Below, one piece after another: positions 35,229-46,099 of a stretch of DNA of 49,391 bases (within the stretch, counting starts at the first letter, position 1; each line of letters begins with the position of its first letter). The stretch spans positions 1 to 49,391 of the forward strand of contig JAAPAO010000230.1 in the NCBI GenBank assembly GCA_013115145.1. Reading direction: 5' to 3'. Below the pieces are notes generated by a model, which was given only the letters and a program-made list of their open reading frames with translations, was not told the origin of the DNA and ran no database searches. A program made the position numbers and the translations under genes. The DNA is from Perkinsus chesapeaki ATCC PRA-425 (lineage: Eukaryota; Protista; Perkinsozoa).

Positions 35229-36617
35229 CTATTCAGAATCGCTCTTTCCGCATTTTAGGCGCCGCTGGGAAAATCGATTAGTGCACATCGAACACAGCGG
35301 TTCGCCTCTAAGAACGGGTGATGTGACGATGGGGGTGCACCGTCCAGCTGTGACTGACAAAACCGTCACAACTGTGAATTGCGAACTCGAAAAGTAATTT
35401 CGAGAATCGAGCTCTCCTTGTAAAGTTGCCAGAATTGTGGACAGCGACCCAAATGGCTTACCGGCAATTTCTTACGAGGCTCGGCTCGGCGCACATCCAC
35501 AATCCTGTCTTCGATTGTGTGCCCACCAGGAGATGCTTCCAATGTTCTCTGATTGTAAATCTCACATCCACCACACAAGAGGTCTACTCACGTGGACGGC
35601 TTCGGCATCTTCAAAGATAACAAATGCAAAGCCACGCGAGAAGCCGGCGTGATCGAGTGCCAGCTCACAGTTGACGATGTCACCGAACCTGATGCAAAGA
35701 TGCCAACACTGTACCCATTTCTGATCCCCGAGGGGGACGACCGTGAGGCAAGATGGCTAAATGATACTCACTTAGAGAAGTAGTCCACGACAGCTTGCTC
35801 TCCGGTCGCCGGGTTAAGACCACCAACAAAAATCTTCGTCTCGGTAACCTACACGTTTCCCATTCGAAAGGTCGCGGGCTCGATCCCCAGTGGCCTCACT
35901 TCATCAACATCTATATCCTTATTTCGAATCCTGTGCTTGTTATTAAAAAGTCTTGTAGAGTCACCGTTCATCAAAGTGACGAAGCCAAATCCACGTGAGC
36001 GTCCAGTGATCTACACAAAACAACAATGATGCTTAACAACCCATCCCCAAGCCCCATGTCCCCTGAATCTACTTAACGATAATAAAGGGAAAAGGTGAAA
36101 AGATGATGATGCAGACATGGCGGCATCCGACAAGTGTGTGATGGGACAGTGCATCATCATCTGCCCAGTATGCTTTTTACCTCTTCTACCGTTCTCTACT
36201 TAACACTGAAGCTATGATATATAAAAAGGACATTTCCTGTCATCAGCAGAACAACACAAATCTCCAGCCTGGTGAAATTCTGCCTTTAGCCCCTCGACCC
36301 ATCCCAGAATATTTCCCTTCCCGCTCGATACCGTACCTTATCCATTTTGATTTCAACCTCAAGGATGGCATCACCAAAAGCACTGAAGTAATCCCTTAGC
36401 TCAGCCTCTTGCATACCTTGGGGCAGACCACCGACGAACACCTATGAGCCAGACATGAGCGAAAGTCGGATACATCCGGCTCTCGACCAAGAGTGCTAAC
36501 AGTATGATGGCAATATTGCGTAGGATGCTTTCTCTTCAGAGTTATATTACTACATACACTGTTTTTTTTCTCGCACGTCCTCCTGACGAAACGGTCGAGC
36601 ATTGGCATGAGGGTCAT
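35229..36617 (-). CDS. Two-RRM RNA-binding protein (Musashi/hnRNP A/DAZAP1-like), multi-exon
   Basis: VFVGGLPQGMQEAELRDYFSAFGD..ITGRSRGFGFV..KHRIRNKDIDV; TKIFVGGLNPATGEQAVVDYFSKFGD..SRGFAFVIFED..HTIEDRIVDVRRAEPR. Introns include 35849-35899, 35689-35771 and 35549-35591. The 3' end is uncertain. Confidence 0.85.
35740..35759 (-). other. Spliced-leader-like sequence plus GT, inside an intron
   Basis: TAGCCATCTTGCCTCACG-GT vs the Perkinsus 22-nt SL 3' part TAGCCATCTTGGCTCAAG-GT (recalled): 18/20 identical. Confidence 0.45.
35868..35898 (+). pseudogene. tRNA variable-loop/T-arm/acceptor-like fragment antisense within a 51-nt intron
   Basis: AAGGTCGCGGGCTCGATCCCCAGTGGCCTCA; the first 21 nt differ by one base from a canonical AAGGTCGCGGGTTCGATCCCC tRNA segment. 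The T stem is only partly paired. Confidence 0.45.
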
Positions 36618-38390
36618 AACAATCTATTCCCCTCATCAAGTGGTTATGGACTTCGAGTTTTCGGGCGAGTTCGAGCATAGATACGTGGGGTGCTCAATTT
36701 TTAGCTCCTTTCCGAACGCTCTGTAATATTAAATCCTGTTCGGATCTAGTCGATCCCTGTGATTACTGCATCGTATTTCTTGAGCTTTACTATTCTACGA
36801 TTAAGAGTAATGCCTGGAAACAATTATGATGCTTTTAATAACCATTATTCTGTATAATTTCGGAGTCATTAGAGTCCAAGATATTGAGTATCGTCTTCTC
36901 TAGTATTATAAAGAAGACCATTATATTACCAAGATTATTGTACCATGCTTTATAAAGATATCTCTCTCTTATACTTTCTATTATAATTCAATCATATCCA
37001 CTACGCTTCAGCACTATAATGTAACATTACATTGGGTCCGCGCGCGGTCTAATAGTGCAGGATTACGCCCTAACGGCAGCTACCGTACTTTCATACCATT
37101 TACGGAGTCGTAAACGTTATTGCCGTAACCGTAACCGTAGTCGTAAATTTGCCCATGTGTAATAATGTTGTATCATCGGCTTTCAATTCCCCATTATTCC
37201 TACCTTTAATTTTTTAACAATTGGATTCCTATAAGCCGGCCTCAGTGATTTAAGGCTTTGCTCTTGTTGATACGACGACTAAATGAACATACGCAATAAC
37301 CCAACCAACCCCACCAAGGGACCAATCTCCCTCGTGCTTTCACAGTTAAACGGATACCCCAGTCCAGGTACATCTCAACTTGAGACTCTCAGTTCCCTAG
37401 TTGAACGCCTAGCGAACATGCTTTTGGCTGCAATCGGTTGGCTGAATTTAGTCAATTTCAAACAGTTCCCACAAGGTATTAGAGTCCCATTATGTCTTTC
37501 AAAAACCTAGCAGCAGCCCGATCTGCGAGGTCGGCGAGATTGAACATTCAAAGTGAAAGCTTTACTTTAATAAAAGCACGATGTTTTATTCGGGTTTATC
37601 CAGTAGGCCAAATAATTCGGCAAAGTTAGAATAATTGCACAGGGGGAGATCTTCTTATACTAGCCAACTCACGGGAATCATTCACTTCGAGATCAAGGTT
37701 CGACTATACAAATAAATTTAACTCTTCCACCATTGCAGCCAAGTTGCCCCCCCCCCATGAAAGTGGCGCCGCCCTTATTAGTGATTGATATTTCTCAGCT
37801 GTCTGGTGAGTGACGAGATACTATATATATATCAAAAAGACGTCGTTATCCTGCCTGATGGCTGATGGAAAAGAGTTATTTTGACAATCATTAAGACCGG
37901 TCGTCGAGCGTTCCCTTCTCTGAGACCTACCTCATCGTTAAGAGATTGAGTTGTTGTAGATGATGACCAACTTGTTTTTGTTGTTTTGCCAGATCCACCT
38001 CCGCCAGACACCGTAGAGGCATCCGGTGAGCACAGAGCTTCATAAGCACCTCCCTCCATTATAAAATATATCAACTAGAAATAAACAATATAAAAATATA
38101 TATACCACAAAAATTGAGCACTTGCACCGGCTCCAGATTGTACGTCTCCAAACGTAAAGGGTGCGAGGAAACTACGTCACTAATTTCCCCAGACTCTTCG
38201 GGCGCTTACCGGCAAACCCTATCGGCCCTGTTCGGTAGCACCACCGCGTTGTCCAAGATACCAGCCACAAAACACCACTTCCCACTCTTCGGAACTTGCC
38301 AAAAATAAACAGGAGCAAGTCCAAAAGCGCCCATGATTCAGTGTACTAAACCCAGCTTATTTGGACTCGAGAAAAGTTATCTTATCGGAA

Positions 38391-39926
38391 TCACTTCTGC
38401 GCCTTCGCTTTCTCTATCTCACTCTTCAGTCTCTGCTGGAAGGAATCATCAGGATCCTAAAAATCAACTTTGCACGCATGCGCACAACCAAATGGCCAAC
38501 ATCTCGCCAGGTGAAACTACACAATAGTGAAAGCAATCATCACAAGGCAATTTAATTATTAGTACAACAAGATATATATATGGACCCGCCCTCTTAAAAT
38601 GCCAAACTGAACAGAGCTGCTGCTCAAAAGTACTCAACGATTGCCAACGAGACGATACAGTGTTCTGCTAGAAAGCGCATACCTCAGTAAAACTAAGTCA
38701 GTATCATCCAGAACTCCGGCGATAGGCATCACGTTTGGCAAAGAACATTCTATATATTTAATTTCAAAGAATAGTGGCCTCTCGCGACTGTCATGCAGGA
38801 CGCATTTCCCGAATCAATTCGGTGGCAGGTAGTAGTAAGGTAGTTGCTTTGAGACAGACGATGCATTGCTGCCCGCAAACTGCGATATGCGTTCAGTGCA
38901 GTAACAATCATCAGCAAGTCGACAGGGAATCCTCCGATAGGAACGTCAATGAAATAACGTAATCTTCACGAGAGATTAGTATCCGTTTCCGAAGCGGAGC
39001 TCTCCTAAAACTTGATAAGATACTCGACGAGATACACATGCCTCATGCTCAGGATCATACAGCTAACCCGAGCAAATTCATAATAGAAAATAGCAAAGTC
39101 ACTTTCGCGGGAAACTATCCCTATAGAGTTAGGTACGGGCCGCGGTGGATGTGTTCCCTCAGGTAGTACCTCTTCATCCCAGCCAGCCTCGTCCCAGTTA
39201 GTCTCCCACTGATTAGCATCCGGTGCCGCACCACTGAGATCAGTTGATGCCCTGTGGCCGCGAATGGTCCAGTCTGAAGAGGAATCCCTATAGTGTTAAT
39301 AATAGTAAATGAAATAATTAATACGGTTTTATCGGTATGAATAGGGCATAAACTATTATATTTATTAAGGTTCATTAAAGCAAAATCGTTGTTAATTATA
39401 TCACATGTTCGTTATTTTATTATGTAGGTGTTAAATAGTTATAATAAAGAGGATTTGATCAAACAGCTGAGCCGTAATGTGAACAGCAAAGCAGCCCAAA
39501 GATCTCAGTCCGTACCGGCCGAACTTCGAGGACTCCGAGTCTAAGATCTTCGAGGAGTTACTTAACATAACAAAACCCATCACCTGCTTGCTAGGCTCGA
39601 AATTTGTGGCAAAAGAGTATGCTACATGGGACACTGTGTATGGTTCACTTGCAGGCTCTATAGTTCGAGACCGTCCCCACTATAACGCTTGAGACTGAAA
39701 AAGTCTATCGAGGATCCGGAGAGTACAATTGTGAGACTTATTCATTTTAATAATTTTTGTAAAGGCATTATGAATATATTTATCGATAATACAGAGGTAT
39801 TATAAGTACAATATATTAGGTACCTTCTTGTTCAAATTCCTCAAACTCATCAGCCTCATCAAATCCCGTAACGGGTGCTTGTTGTTCCTCTCCACTCGAG
39901 GATTTGGTATTGTTAGAAGAGGCCAT
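38391..39926 (-). CDS. SEM1: DSS1/SEM1 (26S proteasome lid/TREX-2/BRCA2 cofactor), 3 exons, 90 aa
   Basis: Exons 39824-39926, 39170-39273 and 38391-38456 splice in frame to ..GFDEADEFEEFEQE|DW..QWETNWDEAGWDEE|DPDDSFQQRLKSEIEKAKAQK, giving both DSS1 acidic-aromatic motifs and the C-terminal helix. Confidence 0.9.
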
Positions 39927-41356
39927 CGTTAAACCAATGTCAATCTAAACGTACCACTTTGGTCTATTTTCCAACTAACAATCGGTTGTACTGTATAATA
40001 GCATTGAGTTCCTAACGTGAGATTTAAGGAAATGCAAAATTGCAAGTTTTGAAGAAGCCGGCTGATGTACGCATGCACAAACACCATAAATTAAGGATCA
40101 TCCTAACCCTCTCTGTTGGGTTCAACAAAGGGTTACATTAGAACCTTTATTATTGAGAACCTCTCAGCCACTGCCCGTTTCTTGGAGCATTCTCTTACCA
40201 CACGAGAACTAACGCAAAGAACACTGAAAGGCGAAATACGGATGTCAGTGGTGCCGGAAACGGCGGTAAATAATATACTTTAATATTGCGATAATATCTT
40301 GGACGAACAAAGCAGCGGTACCGAACGGGTTGATATGAAAAAGAGCGAAATATGATAGAAGCGTATCTATGGTATAAGTGGCATAGGTATTGCCATTACT
40401 GTCATGCACACAGGAGGAACGAAGCGCATTTGACTGAGTAGTGAAAGAACAAGCTTCCGACTAATATACTTGGTAAGCTTTCTCGAATTGACAATAACGT
40501 AGTGAGGCCTAACGCCAAGTACACGTCTCGCAATGGTGCACCTGCTTGGCTACTGAGGGGTATACTTCGAATGCATGGGGATTCCCCATTGGCGAGCATA
40601 GAACCCATACGGCGTGATGTAGTGAACATAAATGGAGTTAATAAAGTTGGCGCGTGAATTATAGTAGTATTCGTTCTCCAGTGCCACAAGCCGCCATTAG
40701 CCTTCAAATGAATACCGACTTTGTTTTACAAAAACGTGTCGGCTACGGCCGGCTCTTTCTGAGAGCTTCCTGACATGCCGCTGTCCGTGGAGAGTGACTC
40801 AGCTAGTATGAAACGACGTAACGATTTCGTCACTGTTCTCCCTCTCCATACCCGACAGGCAGACATTTATCACGGTCACGTCACGAGCCGCCCAGAAGCT
40901 CGTGTGTTCATCGACATGAGAAAGTTTCCAGTCTGCATTAGAGTTCCCTCATGTCCGCCGTATTCACTCCCCTCGTCTACCCAAGAGGATGAACTAACCT
41001 ATGGTTCAGGTATATAAAGCAAGTGAATTACTCAGTATAACTGCTTGTTGTCGTAAGCGAAGATACTCCTACCCGCGGCTGGAAAGACACTGGGGGCATT
41101 CCCGCCTGGCACTCATGGTAACATGTGTACTCGGAATTGTACCAGGGCTCACGTTATGATACCTACCTTAACCCACCACAGCGATACCCTTAATAGGGTT
41201 CCCTGTACTGGCTAGAATCAGCCTGGTGGCCAGACTCTGGCCGAAGGGGTGTCGCAGCTATAAGGTAGGTGCCATTTCCAAGTGGAAGAATCCAATGTCC
41301 TTGCCAACCGTATAAATACTAGTATTAGCCTAATACTATTAGGATGGGGGTAGAGC

Positions 41357-41428
41357 GCGACGCCGTCACCACAACTCCATTGTAGCGAGTCGCCGAGTGC
41401 GACGCCGTCACCACAGCTCCACTGTAGC
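41357..41428. repeat. 42-nt tandem repeat (about 1.7 copies) with a third partial copy at 41753-41775
   Basis: GCGACGCCGTCACCACAACTCCATTGTAGCGAGTCGCCGAGT repeated from 41399; GTAGCGAGTCTCCGAGTGCGACG matches 22/23. Confidence 0.9.
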
Positions 41429-42107
41429 TGTTCGCATTACGTATGTGTTGGGGATCCGTCCATACTAGTAACGCGACAAGGGGCAAATACTAATGCTGCT
41501 CTTATATATATGCTATAACAGCTTGACCGTGCTATAATCGATCAAGCTATGGGCGTCGGCGCAATGTACACTGATAGGGTGCTCTGGGGATTCCTTACAG
41601 TATGCGAATGCGCTACGCGCACCCTAAGATTCATATTGTATATCGTTCGCCCACCGTTTTGTGATAATCCCTGCATGATGATGAGAGTTACTAAGAGTTA
41701 TCATTGGCTCAGTCCTCTCTATTGAGTTAGTAATGTCTAATACCCATGAACAGTAGCGAGTCTCCGAGTGCGACGGCGACGTTGGGAAGCCGTAGAGACA
41801 CCCTGTAGTCTCTCCTAATCCGCGTCGTCGAGCTGCGAGTGTTTGCGCTTCCGGGACCCCAAGTGCTCGATTCTCCAAGTCCAAGTTGTTGTCAACTGGA
41901 AGCCGTTTCTCTCCACTACATTCGGGAACCGGATGCCGTTACATTTTAACCGGCATATATTACTGTAATCGGTCGCCATGCCCATCGCGACGTAGATTAG
42001 CTAAGTGCGCACGCGTACGACGCGTTCAACTTCGGTTTCCAAACGGAGATCAAAGCGTGCTTCAAGGGAAAGCCCCGTTAGAGCATACATCTTAAAAGTA
42101 TCCCAGC

Positions 42108-44215
42108 ATGGTATTCAACTTCAAGCTGCTTTCCCTCGGCGTTCTGACTATACTGGCCCACGGTGCTGAGAATGAAAAAGCTACTATAAAGGTGGAAACT
42201 GTACCGTTCAAAGCATGCTCCCCAATTCCACCTTTTGAGTCTGATGAAGGTGAGGCAGTGGTGCGACATTACCGCCTAAATTACTTTGAGGATTTGAAGT
42301 CAAATATTGAGGAGAAATGCGATTCGTTATTTACTAACTAACTAGCATTTGGCGTACAACTCTTGTGCTGCTTCAAGCAGCCTGCTTATCCTTCCTTGTA
42401 GGCACCTTGCGCCATGTCACCACGTCGAAGCTGACTTCTGACAATGTTAAGTTCGGCGGTCTAAGTTCTCTCATCATTACTCCAGACGGATCTGAGATCC
42501 TCGCCGTCTCAGACTCTGGGTAAGTTGGATTACCACGTAGAGTATTCATAGTCTTTCAGTGTATTCGTCACTATGCCACTTTCATCTGTGGATGAGGGGT
42601 CGATCAATGCTGAGTTTTTGCCCATGAAGGACGCCAAAGGAGACGACATAGTCTACGATTCTCACGACGGTAGGGCTGTCCATCGATTTCAAGGTTCATC
42701 GTTTCACTTTCGACCCCCTAGCTTCATCCACTTTGCTGAATACTTACCGATTAGCACTCGGAAAGTGCTTTGGTATTTCCCTCGAAAGTTCACACTTTAT
42801 AACCATATCGCAGGGGATGCCGAAGGCTTAACCGTCAACGGTTTTTACGAAGGAAGTGGCAAAGGAGAGCTCTACGTCAGTTACGAGAAGAACCAACGTG
42901 TGATGAAGTAAGAATCGATCCCTTCATATATTCGTTGCCTAGTTCATGACTCAGGTTCCCCAAGGGTGTATCCTCCGATAAAGCCGATGATCTTGGAGTG
43001 TCAATACTATTAGCAGAATGCCCACACAGAGGAGGACTAGAAGCCATAGTGAAATTGCGTATACAAGAATATCTCGACTTGTTCGGCGGTCATCTACTAT
43101 CAGGCTCAACTGGTCAATTACTAATGGTTTGTGAGGAGCCGAATACCTCTACCGATAAGACTTTCACTGTATCCGCTTGGGCTCGTGATGCCGTATCCGG
43201 TGCAACCAAGAAGTTTTCTGTACAGGTGAGAGGGAGCTGAATTAGAGGACGACGTCATCTACGCTTGGATTCCACACCAGATTTCTCGTCGATTATGCGT
43301 CATCTATTTCAGTCGGAAAACAAGTTCTTCCCGACGGATATGGCTGAATTGCCTAACGGTGACATTATGATACTCCTTCGCCGGTGAGTTCTACAAACTC
43401 TTATAGGGGAGATGTCGGCTATGCCTGTCTTCGATTCCAGATTCGTCAAAAACGATAGGGGGGCAATGCAAATTGGATATATCACTGCCGAATCTATCCA
43501 GCAGGCAATCACGAATGAAGCCGTTGCTGTGCCGAAAATCATTCTGGAGCTCTGGGAAAGGGATGGGTAAGTGGCATGCAGTGGTCGTGGCGTATCATAA
43601 CAATTTGTTATACGCCATGAATTTTCAGATGGAAGGTCGACAACGCCGAAGGTTTAGCGGCTCGGCAGGATCCCAAAACGAATAAGACGTTCGTTTACAC
43701 ACTGAGTGATGATAATCACAGAGAGGTGAGTAAACCTGTCATCCACCAAAATAGCGAATCTGCATGTGTACCATTAAATGTCAAATATTCAATATCAATG
43801 GAGCACATCCACTGTGATAAGATGCGCTACAAGCCTCGCGGTTCCTAAAACAGGTTTTAACCGGTTAAAAATTTCTTTTAAGAAGTTATTAACTTTAAAG
43901 AAGCACTTCTTTAAAGAACCTTGTGAAATAAGCCCCTGTATTAATATAATATATCGAGATATCCTGCGAGAAGTCACGTGTTAATCTGGATGGCCTATTG
44001 AAAATGCCGCTCATATTGTGGATAACAATATTTGTAGCTCAAGCCCGAGGATACTTTTCTATATTCAGACACAGGAGACGCTGCTCACCACATTCGAGTG
44101 GATCCCGAAATCAAGCCGACCCGATCCCCCTTCCTATGCGAGGGGGTCAAGCGTGATGATGACCGTTTATATTGGCATGGGCATTGCGATCTGGTCGAGT
44201 TTTTGGCACTACTAA
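42108..44215 (+). CDS. Secreted/GPI-like phytase-like esterase family protein (PF13449-type), multi-exon, motifs intact
   Basis: Signal peptide; KFGGLSSLIITPDGSEILAVSDSG; GDAEG..ELYVSYE; GGLEAI; PTDMAELPNGD; VDNAEGLA..YTLSDDN; TQETLLTTFEW; hydrophobic C-terminus. Confidence 0.85.
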
Positions 44216-44229
44216 TGCCACATCAATTT

Positions 44230-44925
44230 TTCAGCATCATCAACACCTCCTTGAAGTTCATGCTTGAGGACGGTTGAAGTTGTGGAAGGGACGGGCCGTC
44301 ACCCATCTTCCTCATGATGCTTTCCGCATCGTTCAGTAGTATTGAATGACCTAAGAAGCTTTTTGCTCTTAAGAATGTTCTCATTACTGCTACCAACACC
44401 TATCAAGGCCAAACAGCTATTCGTCTGGTCTTCCGTATTGATTACTGCAGACTATTAGACACTGCTAAGCGTTAGGACAGCTCAACAACCTGCAGAGGTC
44501 GGACTACGCTTCATCGATCTGCTATTTCACATCATTATCCGATATTGTTGAGTTTTTGAGTATCTATATAGAGCACACCTCACTGTTATCATCACAAACC
44601 AAGTTAGAAATAGCTGACCGACCTTAGGTCGGGATACCACATCTGAACTCCAAGTTGTGCCGAGTTATTGTACTAAGTCGATATAAACCTGTAACATCTC
44701 CGTTTAAGCTCGAGTGTAATGTTGGCAGTTCGTACTTGAAACCACGAGCGATCAATCTGGCTGACCGTTTCGAGCTACTAACGAACGGTTGCACCAAGAG
44801 ATCGGTAGCATCATTGAATCCATTCTTCATCCCATCACGAGTCGGTGGCTCATAGCGTCGATTTGACGCCGCCAGGCACATTTTCAGTGCATGGCGGCAC
44901 TGAAAATGCTGAACCCTCTCCAAAT
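44230..44925 (-). mobile_element. Possible Ty1/copia reverse-transcriptase relic
   Basis: SARLIARGFK resembles the copia KARLVARGF motif; the downstream frame has many stops. Weak. Confidence 0.3.
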
Positions 44926-44936
44926 GACGTATCTAG

Positions 44937-44978
44937 CCCTAAAAACTGAGAACCCTAAACCCCGAAACCTAAAAACCC
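44937..44978 (+). repeat. Degenerate CCCTAAA (TTTAGGG-type) telomere-like repeats
   Basis: CCCTAAAAA..AACCCTAAA-CCCCGAAA-CCTAAAAA-CCC. Confidence 0.5.
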
Positions 44979-45011
44979 AGATCCTGCCTGGTAGTCAGGA
45001 TAACAGCGATG

Positions 45012-45074
45012 CCTGGGGAGTTTAGCATTTGTCAACTATCTCAGAGATAGTTGACAAATGCTAAACTCCCCAGG
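45012..45074. repeat. Perfect inverted repeat, 31-bp arms, 1-nt spacer
   Basis: CCTGGGGAGTTTAGCATTTGTCAACTATCTC-A-GAGATAGTTGACAAATGCTAAACTCCCCAGG, followed by two copies of AGAGATA-G-TATCTCT (45081-45095, 45102-45116). Confidence 0.97.
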
Positions 45075-46099
45075 TTTTCTAGAGATAGTATCTCTTTTCC
45101 CAGAGATAGTATCTCTGACTCGGGTGTGCTAATAAGGATGACGGGTATCAATGAACGTCGTCCTTATTCCGCCTAGATACACTACCCGGCTCACTGCCAT
45201 ACTTAACGGTTTAAAGCGAATATCTTGTATTGGGTATCGTGGATATGTGGATGGCTAGATAGTTCGCTGTTCAAGTTGGAATCCATATCGGTGGTGTACA
45301 TCGCTCAGCCTTCTGGCTACAGTAACCGTATGATACTGTAATCTTCTTTCAGAAGCATGGTAATCCAGAGACCGTCCTCACTACACTCGAATGGGAACCG
45401 GCGTTGAACCCGCCTTATGCCATCTCATACGCAGGAGGGTTCCACACATTGACAGCAATTTACTTTGCTATGAGTATTGCATTCTGGCTAACCATCTGAT
45501 ATAACAGACTTCTCCGAACAACTAGCAAATCTGACTCTCTCCGTCCAGTCTCTGTAAAATGTAAGGTTTACATTAATTGTTGTTTTCCCATACCCTAGCC
45601 CTTCCGGCTGCCCTCGTGACCACTACCGCTGGGTGCTCTACGCTTTCCCGCCACACTCAACGTGAATGACCCACGACAACCGCTCAAGATTAGTTGTCTC
45701 AAGATTATATTAGACATTCGAAGATGTTGCTCCCTGTTATGAATTGTGCAAGGGAAGTTAACTCGTTCGTTCACAAAAACTGCGGCATCTTCTACGTATA
45801 AGTTCTGTCCGCTCAACTCGAGGGTAGTTCAGTCGTATATTGCGTTGTACTCTTACAATTATTATCTCGTACGGCCTATATGTAGATTGGGGATATAACT
45901 TAAAGCTTATCTCGCCGACCTCTGTCAGCTTTGTGTTACAGTATGAATCAGGTCCTACGGCAAGGGCCACCAAAGCCCCGGATCGCTGTATTCACAAGTG
46001 CCACTACGCGATTTGGAAACAATTAATTATTCATGTGTCTGTCGCTTTGCATAGTATGCAAATGTGACTTCATCGCTGATCAATCAGAGCCGATTACGG

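Noticed and set aside
37832-38074. Walker-A-like GGGGSGKTT
   Set aside because: Lies in a Ser/Thr/Gly low-complexity frame with no preceding hydrophobic strand or Walker B; an alternative frame is equally plausible.
45385-45445. GGGTTCAACGCC T-loop-like motif
   Set aside because: No cloverleaf geometry.
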